Positions 51,801 to 60,886 of a stretch of DNA of 64,000 nt are shown here, one piece after another (within the stretch, counting starts at the first letter, position 1; each line of letters starts with the position of its first letter). This DNA is from Planctomycetota bacterium (GTDB lineage: Bacteria; Planctomycetota; UBA8108; JACQVS01). Both the position numbers and the translations under genes were made by a program. The notes under the pieces were generated by a model. It made no database searches, was not told the origin of the DNA, and saw only the letters and a list, made by a program, of their open reading frames with translations. The stretch spans positions 5,899 through 69,898 of the forward strand of contig JANQLS010000062.1 of NCBI GenBank assembly GCA_028280485.1. The letters run 5' to 3'.

Positions 51801-53600
51801 ATGAAAAAATTCATTTTCGGACTCACTATTTTCTTCCTAGCATCTTTCGTCGGACTGTATCTAATCCTCGGATACATCAAGAAGGATGAACGTGATTTAA
51901 GTACAAAGGAAATCAATTCGAGGGATACAGAAGGTAATTTAAAGACACATATAAAAGAATTAACTGCTGAGGAAGAAATCAAATTAAGAAATTCGAGGGA
52001 AGGGAAAATCTTATTTCCATTTTTGGACAATCGTGAGCCCACTGTATCTTATAAACAACGCCATAAGCTCTTTCAAGAATGGGGTGATTCAGCTCTTCCA
52101 AACTTAAAGAAAATAGCTCTCATGGTAAAAAAGCAAGAATCAGCATACCATGTTCACTTTGTATTTCTTTCCATAGGCACATTAGAAGCTTACCGAGTCT
52201 ATTTAGAAGTTTTATATGAACGCTGCCTGATCCCTCAAAATAAACAAAGTGAGGAATCCTTAGAAGCCCTAAACTTATTTCGTTCAAATAGAGAAGAATT
52301 CTTTACAAAGGTCAAAGAACAATTTTTTAAAGCGAAAGATTCAGATCGAAAAGAGTTCATTCAACTAGCTCTAAAGGGAATACAACTTGAAGATCCTACT
52401 TTCAGATTGGGATTCTTGTATCTTCTTGGAGAATTTAAAGCCAGAGAAACCACAACTCAGGTCATTGATTACTTTAATAAATACGAAAAAAATTTAGACA
52501 AACACTATCAAGTCTTAGCCCCAACAGTACTCGGTTTAATTGGGGGAGCAAAAGCTGAGCAATTCTTAATCGAATTGCTTCATTCAGACTTAAAGGTAGC
52601 AAAAAGCGCAATTTCTCCACTTGGAGACCTTGGTACAAAAAAAGCACTTGCTGAATTTATAAAGAGGGTAGCTTCTACTTCCGACAACTGGGAACAAGGC
52701 AGATGGCTGAATGCATTCAGTGGCTCCGTAGACAACTCATGCGAAGATGTTTTAATTAAAATTGCCTCTCAGGAAGGAGGCAGTCAACATTCTGCCATTG
52801 GATTACTCGGACAGCTTACTACTCAGAGCTCAGAAGATTTCATTATTAAATGGGGGATACAACAGTTCAAAGAAGATCCAGATGAATACTCGACTTTTTT
52901 AAGAGTGCTAAGAGAAAGGAAAATCAATAACCCTCGAGTGATTTCGTTTTTAAAAACTATCTTGGATGCTCCTAACTTTAAATTCGATGAAGATAAATTC
53001 GCGGAACACTCCAAAGGTTGGACCGCCGAAAGAAAGGAGAGTGTTACTGCCAAGCTGAAACAAAACGCGATCAATCGTTCAATCAGGAGAAGGATAACCG
53101 TCTTAGGAGTTTTAGGAGACACCGGGACTCCAGAAGCTATCAACATGGCGCTCCAAGGTTTTGTGAGTTCAGAAATCTTTGGGCCTAAAAACATTAAGTA
53201 CCTATTCAATTGGCCGTTTGTCAGAACCGACATAGATCTTTTATCTAAACTCACTACCGCTCAGATTAAAAACAAAACACTCCCTCCCGAAATCGGGGCT
53301 GTCATATTGATAAAATCGAATCCTGAGTCAGAAACCATCTCGAAAGCCTACAAAGAGGCCCTCATCTATGCCTTGAGTTTCAAAAAAGGCATCAGCGAGC
53401 ATTTCGACTACTCTGGGCACTTTAGCCAAAAACGTTTCAAATTGATAATATCCGATGCGGATATTGCTTTATCACTCGCCACAAATTCAAAGGGCGCACC
53501 AGCGAAAAAGATTATGTCTTTTAGGAGAGCTATAAGGGAGAGTGATTACCCAAAAAACATCAAAGACCAAATCGAAGAAGAACTCTCAAAATTAAAATGA
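51801..53600 (+). CDS. Membrane-anchored HEAT/PBS-lyase-like repeat protein, paralog B
   Basis: Starts MKKFIFGLTIFFLASFVGLYLILGYIKKDE, followed by HEAT-like repeats (LGLIGGAKAEQFLIELL, LGDLGTKKALAEFIKRV, LGVLGDTGTPEAINMAL). It is paralogous to 49427..51133. Confidence 0.6.
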   Translation: MKKFIFGLTIFFLASFVGLYLILGYIKKDERDLSTKEINSRDTEGNLKTHIKELTAEEEIKLRNSREGKILFPFLDNREPTVSYKQRHKLFQEWGDSALPNLKKIALMVKKQESAYHVHFVFLSIGTLEAYRVYLEVLYERCLIPQNKQSEESLEALNLFRSNREEFFTKVKEQFFKAKDSDRKEFIQLALKGIQLEDPTFRLGFLYLLGEFKARETTTQVIDYFNKYEKNLDKHYQVLAPTVLGLIGGAKAEQFLIELLHSDLKVAKSAISPLGDLGTKKALAEFIKRVASTSDNWEQGRWLNAFSGSVDNSCEDVLIKIASQEGGSQHSAIGLLGQLTTQSSEDFIIKWGIQQFKEDPDEYSTFLRVLRERKINNPRVISFLKTILDAPNFKFDEDKFAEHSKGWTAERKESVTAKLKQNAINRSIRRRITVLGVLGDTGTPEAINMALQGFVSSEIFGPKNIKYLFNWPFVRTDIDLLSKLTTAQIKNKTLPPEIGAVILIKSNPESETISKAYKEALIYALSFKKGISEHFDYSGHFSQKRFKLIISDADIALSLATNSKGAPAKKIMSFRRAIRESDYPKNIKDQIEEELSKLK

Positions 53601-53635
53601 GAAATTAGTATATTCCTGAATTACAATCCCCACCC

Positions 53636-54748
53636 ATGAACCCAACCACCCACCAAATTCACTTCAACACCGCGGAAGACATGTCACCCTTAGCCGATGC
53701 CAGCGTGCAATTGGTGGTGACGTCACCTCCTTACCCAATGATCGAAATGTGGGATGGGATCTTTGGGGAACAAGACTCTGAAATTGAGAAAAGTCTTGAG
53801 GCGGGGGAAGGCTACAGAGCCTTCGAAGCGATGCACCAAATTTTGGATCGCGTTTGGAGTGAATGTGAACGCGTCCTCGCTCCGGGAGGCATCGCGTGTA
53901 TCAATATTGGGGACGCAACCCGTACGATCGATTCGAAATTTGAGCTCTATCCCAATCATTCTCGAATTCAGACGGCTCTCCTGAAACTGGGCTTTTCAGT
54001 TCTACCCGGTATCTTATGGAGAAAACCTACCAACGCTCCCAACAAGTTCATGGGATCGGGGATGTACCCACCGGGAGCCTACGTCACTTTAGAACACGAA
54101 CACATCTTGGTCTTCCGAAAAGGAAATAAGAGAGTCTTTAATTCAGAAAAAGAAAAAGAGAATCGACGCCAAAGCGCTTACTTCTGGGAAGAGCGCAATT
54201 CTTGGTTTTCAGACGTCTGGTTCAAGCTCTTGGGAACTCGCCAGGATCTTCTCAATCCCAAGTTGAGAGCCCGTTCTGCGGCTTACCCCTTCGAACTTCC
54301 ATACACATTGATTCAAATGTTCTCTGTCATGGGAGACACCGTCCTGGATCCTTTCTTGGGGCTCGGAACCACTCAGTTCGCTGCGATGGCAACAGGAAGA
54401 AATAGCGTTGGCTTCGAAATCGATCCAAAACTGAAAGAGAGCATCGAAAGTAGCCATGCCCCCTTGCCCGATTTTGCCCAATCTTTAGTTCGAGGTCGCC
54501 TGGAAGAACACACCAACTTTATAAAGCAACGGTTCGAGAAGAAGGGGGCTTTTAAATACTCCAGTCGATACTATGAGTTCCCAGTTGTAACAAGGCAGGA
54601 AATCGAAATTCAATTTCCTGTTCTCGAAAAAATTGAAGGAACCAGTAAAGAAAAGTTCATCGCTGAATATACACATTCCTTAGCTTGGCAAACCGACCTC
54701 ACCCAAGATTGGGCTTCTTTTATGAAGGAAACGGAGACGACCGAATGA
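53636..54748 (+). CDS. beta-class N4-cytosine/N6-adenine DNA methyltransferase (motif IV SPPY before motif I)
   Basis: VVTSPPYPM (motif IV) followed, after about 200 aa, by VLDPFLGLGTTQFAAMATGRNSVGFEIDP (motif I, FxGxG). This domain order defines the beta class. No adjacent endonuclease gene was recognised. Confidence 0.75.
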   Translation: MNPTTHQIHFNTAEDMSPLADASVQLVVTSPPYPMIEMWDGIFGEQDSEIEKSLEAGEGYRAFEAMHQILDRVWSECERVLAPGGIACINIGDATRTIDSKFELYPNHSRIQTALLKLGFSVLPGILWRKPTNAPNKFMGSGMYPPGAYVTLEHEHILVFRKGNKRVFNSEKEKENRRQSAYFWEERNSWFSDVWFKLLGTRQDLLNPKLRARSAAYPFELPYTLIQMFSVMGDTVLDPFLGLGTTQFAAMATGRNSVGFEIDPKLKESIESSHAPLPDFAQSLVRGRLEEHTNFIKQRFEKKGAFKYSSRYYEFPVVTRQEIEIQFPVLEKIEGTSKEKFIAEYTHSLAWQTDLTQDWASFMKETETTE

Positions 54749-54842
54749 GCAAAACAAGCCCTCTGGATATCTTGAAATGCCTCATTGATTATCGTGGAGA
54801 GGTCAATTAAACTCTTCCTGAGTTCTACTTAACTCCTTCAAA

Positions 54843-54914
54843 GCCCCCGTAGTTCAACGGATAGAATATAGGTTTCCTAAACCTGAGATAGAGGTTCGAT
54901 TCCTCTCGGGGGTA
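54843..54914 (+). tRNA. tRNA-Arg (anticodon CCU)
   Basis: Manual cloverleaf. Acceptor gcccccg/cgggggt (G1-U72), D-stem gttc/gaat, anticodon stem taggt/acctg with loop ttCCTaa, 4-nt variable loop, T-arm agagg-ttcgatt-cctct, discriminator A. CCA is not encoded. Confidence 0.8.
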
Positions 54915-55015
54915 CTCCTCTCCTCACCTAAACGATCACTTCAAAATGGATCTTTCTACAAATGATGCTTCCTGGTGGAAGTGAACTTTTAGAATAATTT
55001 ATTTTCCAACCTTTC

Positions 55016-55039
55016 AAGCCCGAAGCTTTGGCGAGGGAT
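55016..55039. repeat. Solo arm of the palindromic element family (caagcccgaagctttggcgaggga) with no partner arm
   Basis: Matches the subfamily-A left arm. No reverse-complement arm lies within 300 bp downstream. Confidence 0.6.
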
Positions 55040-55803
55040 CACCACTTGGAAGGCGAGAATCCCCTCTGGAAAAACCAGTATCTAATACGGGCTCAATGGA
55101 GCTAAAGCCTGAAAAATATTCAGACTCTTAGGGTTAGGGTTATCCGTAGTCCCAATTTCATTTTTTCCAATAGAGAAAACTTTGACGCCAAGTCGTTTTA
55201 CATTGAAAATCTTGGAGTGAGGGACTGCGCTAAAGGGAAATTCAAACCAGCCAGTGTGAGCCTTCCGTCTATCCACAATTCTAAAATCTCCGAACTCTCT
55301 GGTGAATACCAGAAAAGCAAACCTAGAAGGAGCTACAAGCCTCGTGGACAATTTATTCTAAAGACTTCTAAATTAATGATTTAGACTGAATAAGTTTCCA
55401 TTTATGCTCGTCGTAAATGAAACATAGACTTTAGAATGAACCCTCCAACTTCTTCATTGAGATGGGTCGAGATTTAACTGAGTGAGTGAGGATACTGGAT
55501 TCACTCCTAGGGATAGAATCCAAAATTCCTCCTGGAACTAGCTTCGATACTTCCCCGTTATTTATGGTAAGATCAATGGATTCAAAGATTTAGAAGGAGC
55601 TTCAGCTTTCTGATTCCCCGAGTAGAATCGGAGTTTAAGTTCAGCGAGAAGCGATCCCTAATTCTAAAATCTAAGACAACAACGCGGTTGGTGGTGGGTT
55701 GGGCGCGAGCGGAAATTAAAACTATAGGGATTTTCCATTTAGAATTTCCCGAGTCAGTCACTTCAAATTTGGGTTTTTCCCAAGATCAATAAAGGTCTCA
55801 ACC

Positions 55804-57054
55804 ATGCAAAGAATACTAAGTTTCACCTTTGCTTTCTTATTGTTGTTCCAAGGTCTAAGTACGGCCAAAGAGGTCAAGTCCTCGGATGTGAGTAAGTATA
55901 AAAAGCGCTTAGCCGTTCTCGTTAAGGGTGAACGGGTTGATGCTCTTTACCAATTGATTGTTGAGATCAGCAACCTCGACAACGAAAAGGTCGCCGTTCT
56001 GCTTCCTCCTGCCGGAACTCTCGTTCCCAACTTCAAGAATTACCAAGCTGCCGTTAAAGGTATCGCTAAGTTGAAGAATGAAAAGGCCATCGAAGCTCTC
56101 AATAAAATTTTGGCGAAAAAGAGCGGAGATTTCCGGGCCAAGGTTTTAATCATCGAGGCCTACGGGCAGCGTAAAGATGAGCTGAGTGGTAACGCCATCG
56201 TCGAACGGATCGACAAGACGGTGAGCCACATCAAAGTCTCAGCCATTCGTGCCGCAAGAACTCGCAAATTCAAAAATGCCATCCCCGCACTCATCAAAAC
56301 AGTTGAGAAACACTGGGGGGCTCGTGATCGCGAATTCTTTGAAGCCCAAATGGCGCTCATCGATATGACCGGGCTCAACTTCGAAAGTATCGACGACTGG
56401 AACAAATGGTGGGAAGCTTCGAAAGACAGCTTCGATCCAACTAAGGTTAAGAAAAAGGGTTCTGGAACATCGATCGAAATTAAGAAGGCCGAAGATTCGG
56501 TAGAATTCTTCGGCAAAGAGGTCTTCAGTAAAAACCTTCTCTTTATTATCGATGTATCAGGAAGTATGCGAGCTAAAGACCCTTCAGATCCTGACAACAC
56601 TCGCTTGGAACGAGCAAAAGCTCAATTGAACAAAGCGGTTAAACGCCTCAGAAGAGGTACGAAATTCAATATCATCGCCTACTCCAATACCGTGAGATCT
56701 TGGCAAAAGAAGATGCAGATCTCTAAAAAGTCAGCACTTAAAAAAGCCTCTGACTTCGTTAAAGGACTGCAACCGATCGGCTTGACTCACACCGACGATG
56801 CGATCGAAAAAGCATTTCAAGATATTCGAGTCGACACCATTATTCTTCTCAGCGATGGAGTTCCCGCCAAACAGAACCAACAAAACCCTCAAGTTCTGAT
56901 TGAGAAGATTCTCAAATGGGTTAAAGACAACAACTCCAGTCGTAAAATTAAAATCGACACCTTCGGATTTGAAGGAGGAGGCGCCGGTGGCTTAGGTGGT
57001 TTCTTAAAGAAACTCGCCGAAGATAATGGTGGAACTTATAGCCCCATTCCATAA
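55804..57054 (+). CDS. Secreted von Willebrand factor type A (vWA) domain protein with N-terminal HEAT-like repeats
   Basis: Signal peptide MQRILSFTFAFLLLFQGLSTA. MIDAS motif LLFIIDVSGSMRAKD...AYSNT...THTDDAI...LLSDGVP. Confidence 0.75.
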   Translation: MQRILSFTFAFLLLFQGLSTAKEVKSSDVSKYKKRLAVLVKGERVDALYQLIVEISNLDNEKVAVLLPPAGTLVPNFKNYQAAVKGIAKLKNEKAIEALNKILAKKSGDFRAKVLIIEAYGQRKDELSGNAIVERIDKTVSHIKVSAIRAARTRKFKNAIPALIKTVEKHWGARDREFFEAQMALIDMTGLNFESIDDWNKWWEASKDSFDPTKVKKKGSGTSIEIKKAEDSVEFFGKEVFSKNLLFIIDVSGSMRAKDPSDPDNTRLERAKAQLNKAVKRLRRGTKFNIIAYSNTVRSWQKKMQISKKSALKKASDFVKGLQPIGLTHTDDAIEKAFQDIRVDTIILLSDGVPAKQNQQNPQVLIEKILKWVKDNNSSRKIKIDTFGFEGGGAGGLGGFLKKLAEDNGGTYSPIP

Positions 57055-57080
57055 TGGAGCACCTCTGAACGCTCGATTAA

Positions 57081-57120
57081 TAGCTAAAAAAGCAGGAGTA
57101 AATTCAGTAGAATTTACTCC
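57081..57120 (+). terminator. Rho-independent terminator after the vWA gene
   Basis: agcaggagtaaattc-agta-gaatttactcctgct, a perfect 15-bp stem, followed by TTTTTTA. Confidence 0.85.
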
Positions 57121-57288
57121 TGCTTTTTTATGCTTGTAGACCTTTAATTCAAATCATTGCAATTTTGATAACCATTATTATAAATTATCTTTTATATATA
57201 TCATCATTAGGCGTTGAACGTGGGCTATAGATCCTACCGATTTCGCATTAAAGAAAACTGAAAGCATTGATTCAAAAGAAACGGTTAA

Positions 57289-58218
57289 ATGATTTTATTA
57301 AGTCTAATGGCTCAAAGCTCCTTCAATCTATCCACTGGATTGATATGGAAGCTAATTGCCATAATCCTCATCTCTATAAGCTTGCTTAGCCTTAAAAAAA
57401 CCAATGTCAGTACAAAGTGTGTGTTGGCATTAGCAATGGTACTCGCAGGATATCTAATCCCTGTTGTAGACGGGTGGCCTATAAGCTTAACCTTAACACT
57501 GGGAATAATAAAGGTAGCTTTATGGTTAATGGGGGGGGGATTAGCTATTAAGGGTCTCGTTGAGATCAACGCAAATCCAAAGTTAACCGCGGGGAAAAGT
57601 TCAGGCTGGAGCGCAATTGTTATATCGATAGTTTTATTACTTCTTTTTGGAAGAGGATTCATCTTGGGCTTCCAGCGTGGATTTAATTCGACTCAACTCC
57701 ATTTGTTAGAACAAAAGGATTCTTACGAGTTCGAAGACTTTAATTTAATGATCAACCTGCCTGAAGATTTCCTCAATCGAGATCCCAAAAAACTTAGTCC
57801 TGAACCATCCATTATCTTTTTTGCCTCGAAAAAGAATTCGTCCCTCGGCATTCTTGTTATGGCAGAGAAGCTAGGAGTTGAATACGAAGTTGACTATCCG
57901 GAGGCTGCTCAGACCATCGCTCAAAAAATGGAAAAATCGACCCAAGGCAAGGTCAGGATGATCTCTGATCCAAAACTCGTTAATACAGCCCAATTTCCTG
58001 GAATTCAATTCAAGTTCATTAATGAAATTCCTAAAAAACCCTACATAGGAACCAACTGGATCGTTTTCTCAAACGGATATGTTTATCAATGTCGGGTCAC
58101 TGGGTTAAAGGAAATTGAGAGCGAGGTTCTTGAGGCCTCGAAAACCCTGATTGAAGGACTCAGTCATTTGGACAAACTCAAAGAGTACAGTGATCCCAAT
58201 CCCACTTTCGATGAATAG
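57289..58218 (+). CDS. Hypothetical membrane protein (4 N-terminal TM helices + ~190-aa soluble domain)
   Basis: The first ~120 aa are hydrophobic; the remainder is hydrophilic with no recognised motif. AT-rich gene. Confidence 0.5.
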   Translation: MILLSLMAQSSFNLSTGLIWKLIAIILISISLLSLKKTNVSTKCVLALAMVLAGYLIPVVDGWPISLTLTLGIIKVALWLMGGGLAIKGLVEINANPKLTAGKSSGWSAIVISIVLLLLFGRGFILGFQRGFNSTQLHLLEQKDSYEFEDFNLMINLPEDFLNRDPKKLSPEPSIIFFASKKNSSLGILVMAEKLGVEYEVDYPEAAQTIAQKMEKSTQGKVRMISDPKLVNTAQFPGIQFKFINEIPKKPYIGTNWIVFSNGYVYQCRVTGLKEIESEVLEASKTLIEGLSHLDKLKEYSDPNPTFDE

Positions 58219-58293
58219 GGTTTTGATTATAAACACCGACATCATTTCAAAAAGTAGAAGTGATGTCCATCTAAACGAATTTGTAGCAAACCA

Positions 58294-60156
58294 ATGATAA
58301 TCAATCCAAGAACTCTGATCGGTTTATTAACTCTCATCCTTTTCAATTCGCAGATTCTTTATGGCTTTCCTCAGGATGACTCAAATAAAACCAAGGTCGT
58401 TAAATCTAAAAAATACAACTATTTGATCGAAATCCCTGTCTCCCTCAGTTACGACGAGAACCAAAAAGAAGCGGAGGCATTCAATGCGACCAGAGCGAAT
58501 CCTTACCTCGAAGTGATGGTGTTTACCGACCTCAGGGGAATTGAAAGTGAAATCAATGCCAAAGACTTAGCTCAACACATCATCAATGAATTCAAAAAAA
58601 CTTTTAAGAAAGAACAAAAGGCCAAGCTCAAAGAAAAAACTATTAATGGCCTCAAGGGATTTGAATTTTCACTGGAAGGAGATTTAACCGGAACTCCGAT
58701 GATTCTTCATTATTGGGTATGCTGTCACAATGGATTTCACTATAGAGTCATCGTCCAGGGTGAATCTAAAAGAATTAAAGAATTGGAAAAAGAGAAAGAA
58801 AAAATCCTGTCGACTTTCAAACCTCTTGATCCTAAGAAAATACAACACATCGACAAGGAGAGATTATTCGGGCTCTATAAATCAAAACACTTTGGCTTTG
58901 AAATTGATTTAAGAAAAACCCAATGGATCAAAAAGGAAAAAGCCAGCCGGAAAATGAATGGTGAAATTCATGGGATCTATAGCGATCAATACTTTTTTAT
59001 CTTCACCCCACTCTATGTAGGGGACTTAGGGGCTGCTTCTGAAAACATCCAAAAGGCTCTTCTTCAATGGCATCAACGAGCGTACGTTATTGAAAGAAAA
59101 ATTTTAAAAACCGGCACCCTGAATGAAATGAAATGGAACATCCGTGAATTGGTACATTTCATCAATGACCGGCAATTAAAAACCAGATACACCATCTTTT
59201 TAGGGAAAGACGTGGCTTACTTAGCGAGCTTTCATGCATTCCCATCCCCCAATGGAAATTTTGAAGGCTTCGAAGAAGCCGCAGACTCCTTTTTCAAAGC
59301 TATAAAAGTCCCGCAAGGTGGTAAATATAATATTAATCGAAGTCAATTAACCCCCTCAGAACTACACTTTCAATCGATGATGGTGAATGTTCTCGGAGTC
59401 TTCGCTTTCCAAAGAGGAGAATTTCAACAGGCGATAAAGTTTTTTGATGTAGCTATTCGGCACCAACCTCACAATGCGCAATACGTCATCAATAAAATGT
59501 TTACTCACAATCGCCTGGGTCAACACGAAGAAGCAGCTAAATTTTTCGATCAACCCAATCTTCCGGACTGGAAAAACAATGAACTCGACTCCTGGAAAGC
59601 TTTCCACTTTTACAGAAGCTTTCGTCATGATGAAGCGAGCAAGGTCTACGAAAGCCTCTTCAAACGAGGCTATCGTAATGACGGGGCATTTCACGCTTAC
59701 CTCTCCATACTTACGTTCAACAAAGAATGGAAGACCGCCTACAAGGCTTTAAAAGCCTACTCCAATAAAAACAATACGGAGATGATTCAAACTCTCTGGG
59801 CCGATACCAAGTTCACCGAAGGAAAAAAAGAAGAGGCTCACCAGCGTTTAGATGCACAGCTTAAAAAGAACTTTTCAATCGATGTGGCTCTCATGAAGTT
59901 GGGCTTCTACCAGAGAGATAACGATTACAAATCAGCACACAAAAAGGTTCAGGAATTTATTAAGGCCAAACCTCGACTCCCCATGCTCTATCGAGAAAAA
60001 GCTGATATAGAGAGAAGCCTAAAAAGAATTCCCGATGCGATTCAGTCGATAAAAAAAGCAATCGAGTTAGATCCCAAAAATGAAGGCTATAAAGCCTTCC
60101 TCAAGCATTTAGAAGAACGAAAGAAGAGCCAAGAATCTGAAGAAGAATCTTCTTAA
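58294..60156 (+). CDS. Secreted TPR-repeat protein (620 aa)
   Basis: Signal peptide. C-terminal half has TPR-like repeats (AIKFFDVAIRHQPHNAQYVINK..., AIQSIKKAIELDPKNEGYKAFLKHLE). Confidence 0.6.
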   Translation: MIINPRTLIGLLTLILFNSQILYGFPQDDSNKTKVVKSKKYNYLIEIPVSLSYDENQKEAEAFNATRANPYLEVMVFTDLRGIESEINAKDLAQHIINEFKKTFKKEQKAKLKEKTINGLKGFEFSLEGDLTGTPMILHYWVCCHNGFHYRVIVQGESKRIKELEKEKEKILSTFKPLDPKKIQHIDKERLFGLYKSKHFGFEIDLRKTQWIKKEKASRKMNGEIHGIYSDQYFFIFTPLYVGDLGAASENIQKALLQWHQRAYVIERKILKTGTLNEMKWNIRELVHFINDRQLKTRYTIFLGKDVAYLASFHAFPSPNGNFEGFEEAADSFFKAIKVPQGGKYNINRSQLTPSELHFQSMMVNVLGVFAFQRGEFQQAIKFFDVAIRHQPHNAQYVINKMFTHNRLGQHEEAAKFFDQPNLPDWKNNELDSWKAFHFYRSFRHDEASKVYESLFKRGYRNDGAFHAYLSILTFNKEWKTAYKALKAYSNKNNTEMIQTLWADTKFTEGKKEEAHQRLDAQLKKNFSIDVALMKLGFYQRDNDYKSAHKKVQEFIKAKPRLPMLYREKADIERSLKRIPDAIQSIKKAIELDPKNEGYKAFLKHLEERKKSQESEEESS

Positions 60157-60172
60157 ACGAGCGACAGAAAAA

Positions 60173-60883
60173 CTACTTCCGCCCCAACTCGTTTTCAAGA
60201 ATGACAATCTTCTGCCAAATCTTGCGGGATAAGCCCGTAGTTAAATTTTCGATCTCATTGACAATGCTGATAGCGACGGGATCGTCGAAATCCTGAGCGT
60301 AGATCGCAGCCAGCTTGCCGGTTAAGGAAAGCATTTCTCCACAGTAATCTAAATAGCGATTGAGCAGAAACGGAGTGAGATCCCGCTTGGGAGAGGAAGC
60401 CGTATCGGATCCAGGATGGAGGATACTTTCGGGATCTTTTGTCAATTGATGCATATCGATGATATGAGCCACCGCCCGCAGGTGGTGGAGAGCTCCCACC
60501 GCTCTTTTCCTCTTAATTCTGTTTTCGACGGTAATTAAAAACAGAATTAAGATCCCTAAATAAACAACAATATTCAAGCTGGGCTCGACGAATTGAATCA
60601 GGGTGTCGAGACTCCAAGATTGAGTGGACATCTTCATCGTAAAGACGACGACGACCAAACCGGCAATAATGAGAGCGATTAAAAAAACAACGCCAACTCG
60701 AACGGCCAAAATCGGCTGTGAAATATACCGCGCTGTCTTGTGGGTATCTTCCGCGAGTTGGGATAGTCCGCTGCAGACATTACTCAAACCCGATTCTGGA
60801 AATCGCTCATCAATTCGGTGGTTAAGCCTTGTCAGAGTTTTATGAATCTCGTTCGGGTCGAGGCGATTGATGCGATCGGGCAC
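60173..60883 (-). CDS. Hypothetical inner-membrane protein (2 central TM helices), third and last gene of the SPFH-SPFH-membrane operon
   Basis: 236 aa. TM helices VGVVFLIALIIAGLVVVVF and LNIVVYLGILILFLITV. It starts 4 nt after the stop of the upstream SPFH gene. Confidence 0.55.
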   Translation of the reverse strand: MPDRINRLDPNEIHKTLTRLNHRIDERFPESGLSNVCSGLSQLAEDTHKTARYISQPILAVRVGVVFLIALIIAGLVVVVFTMKMSTQSWSLDTLIQFVEPSLNIVVYLGILILFLITVENRIKRKRAVGALHHLRAVAHIIDMHQLTKDPESILHPGSDTASSPKRDLTPFLLNRYLDYCGEMLSLTGKLAAIYAQDFDDPVAISIVNEIENLTTGLSRKIWQKIVILENELGRK

Positions 60884-60886
60884 TTT

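Noticed and set aside
49200-60200. Classical tRNA-integrated genomic island at tRNA-Arg
   Set aside because: No integrase or recombinase gene and no direct repeat of the tRNA 3' end was found on either side. The lower GC content is real, but island status is unproven.
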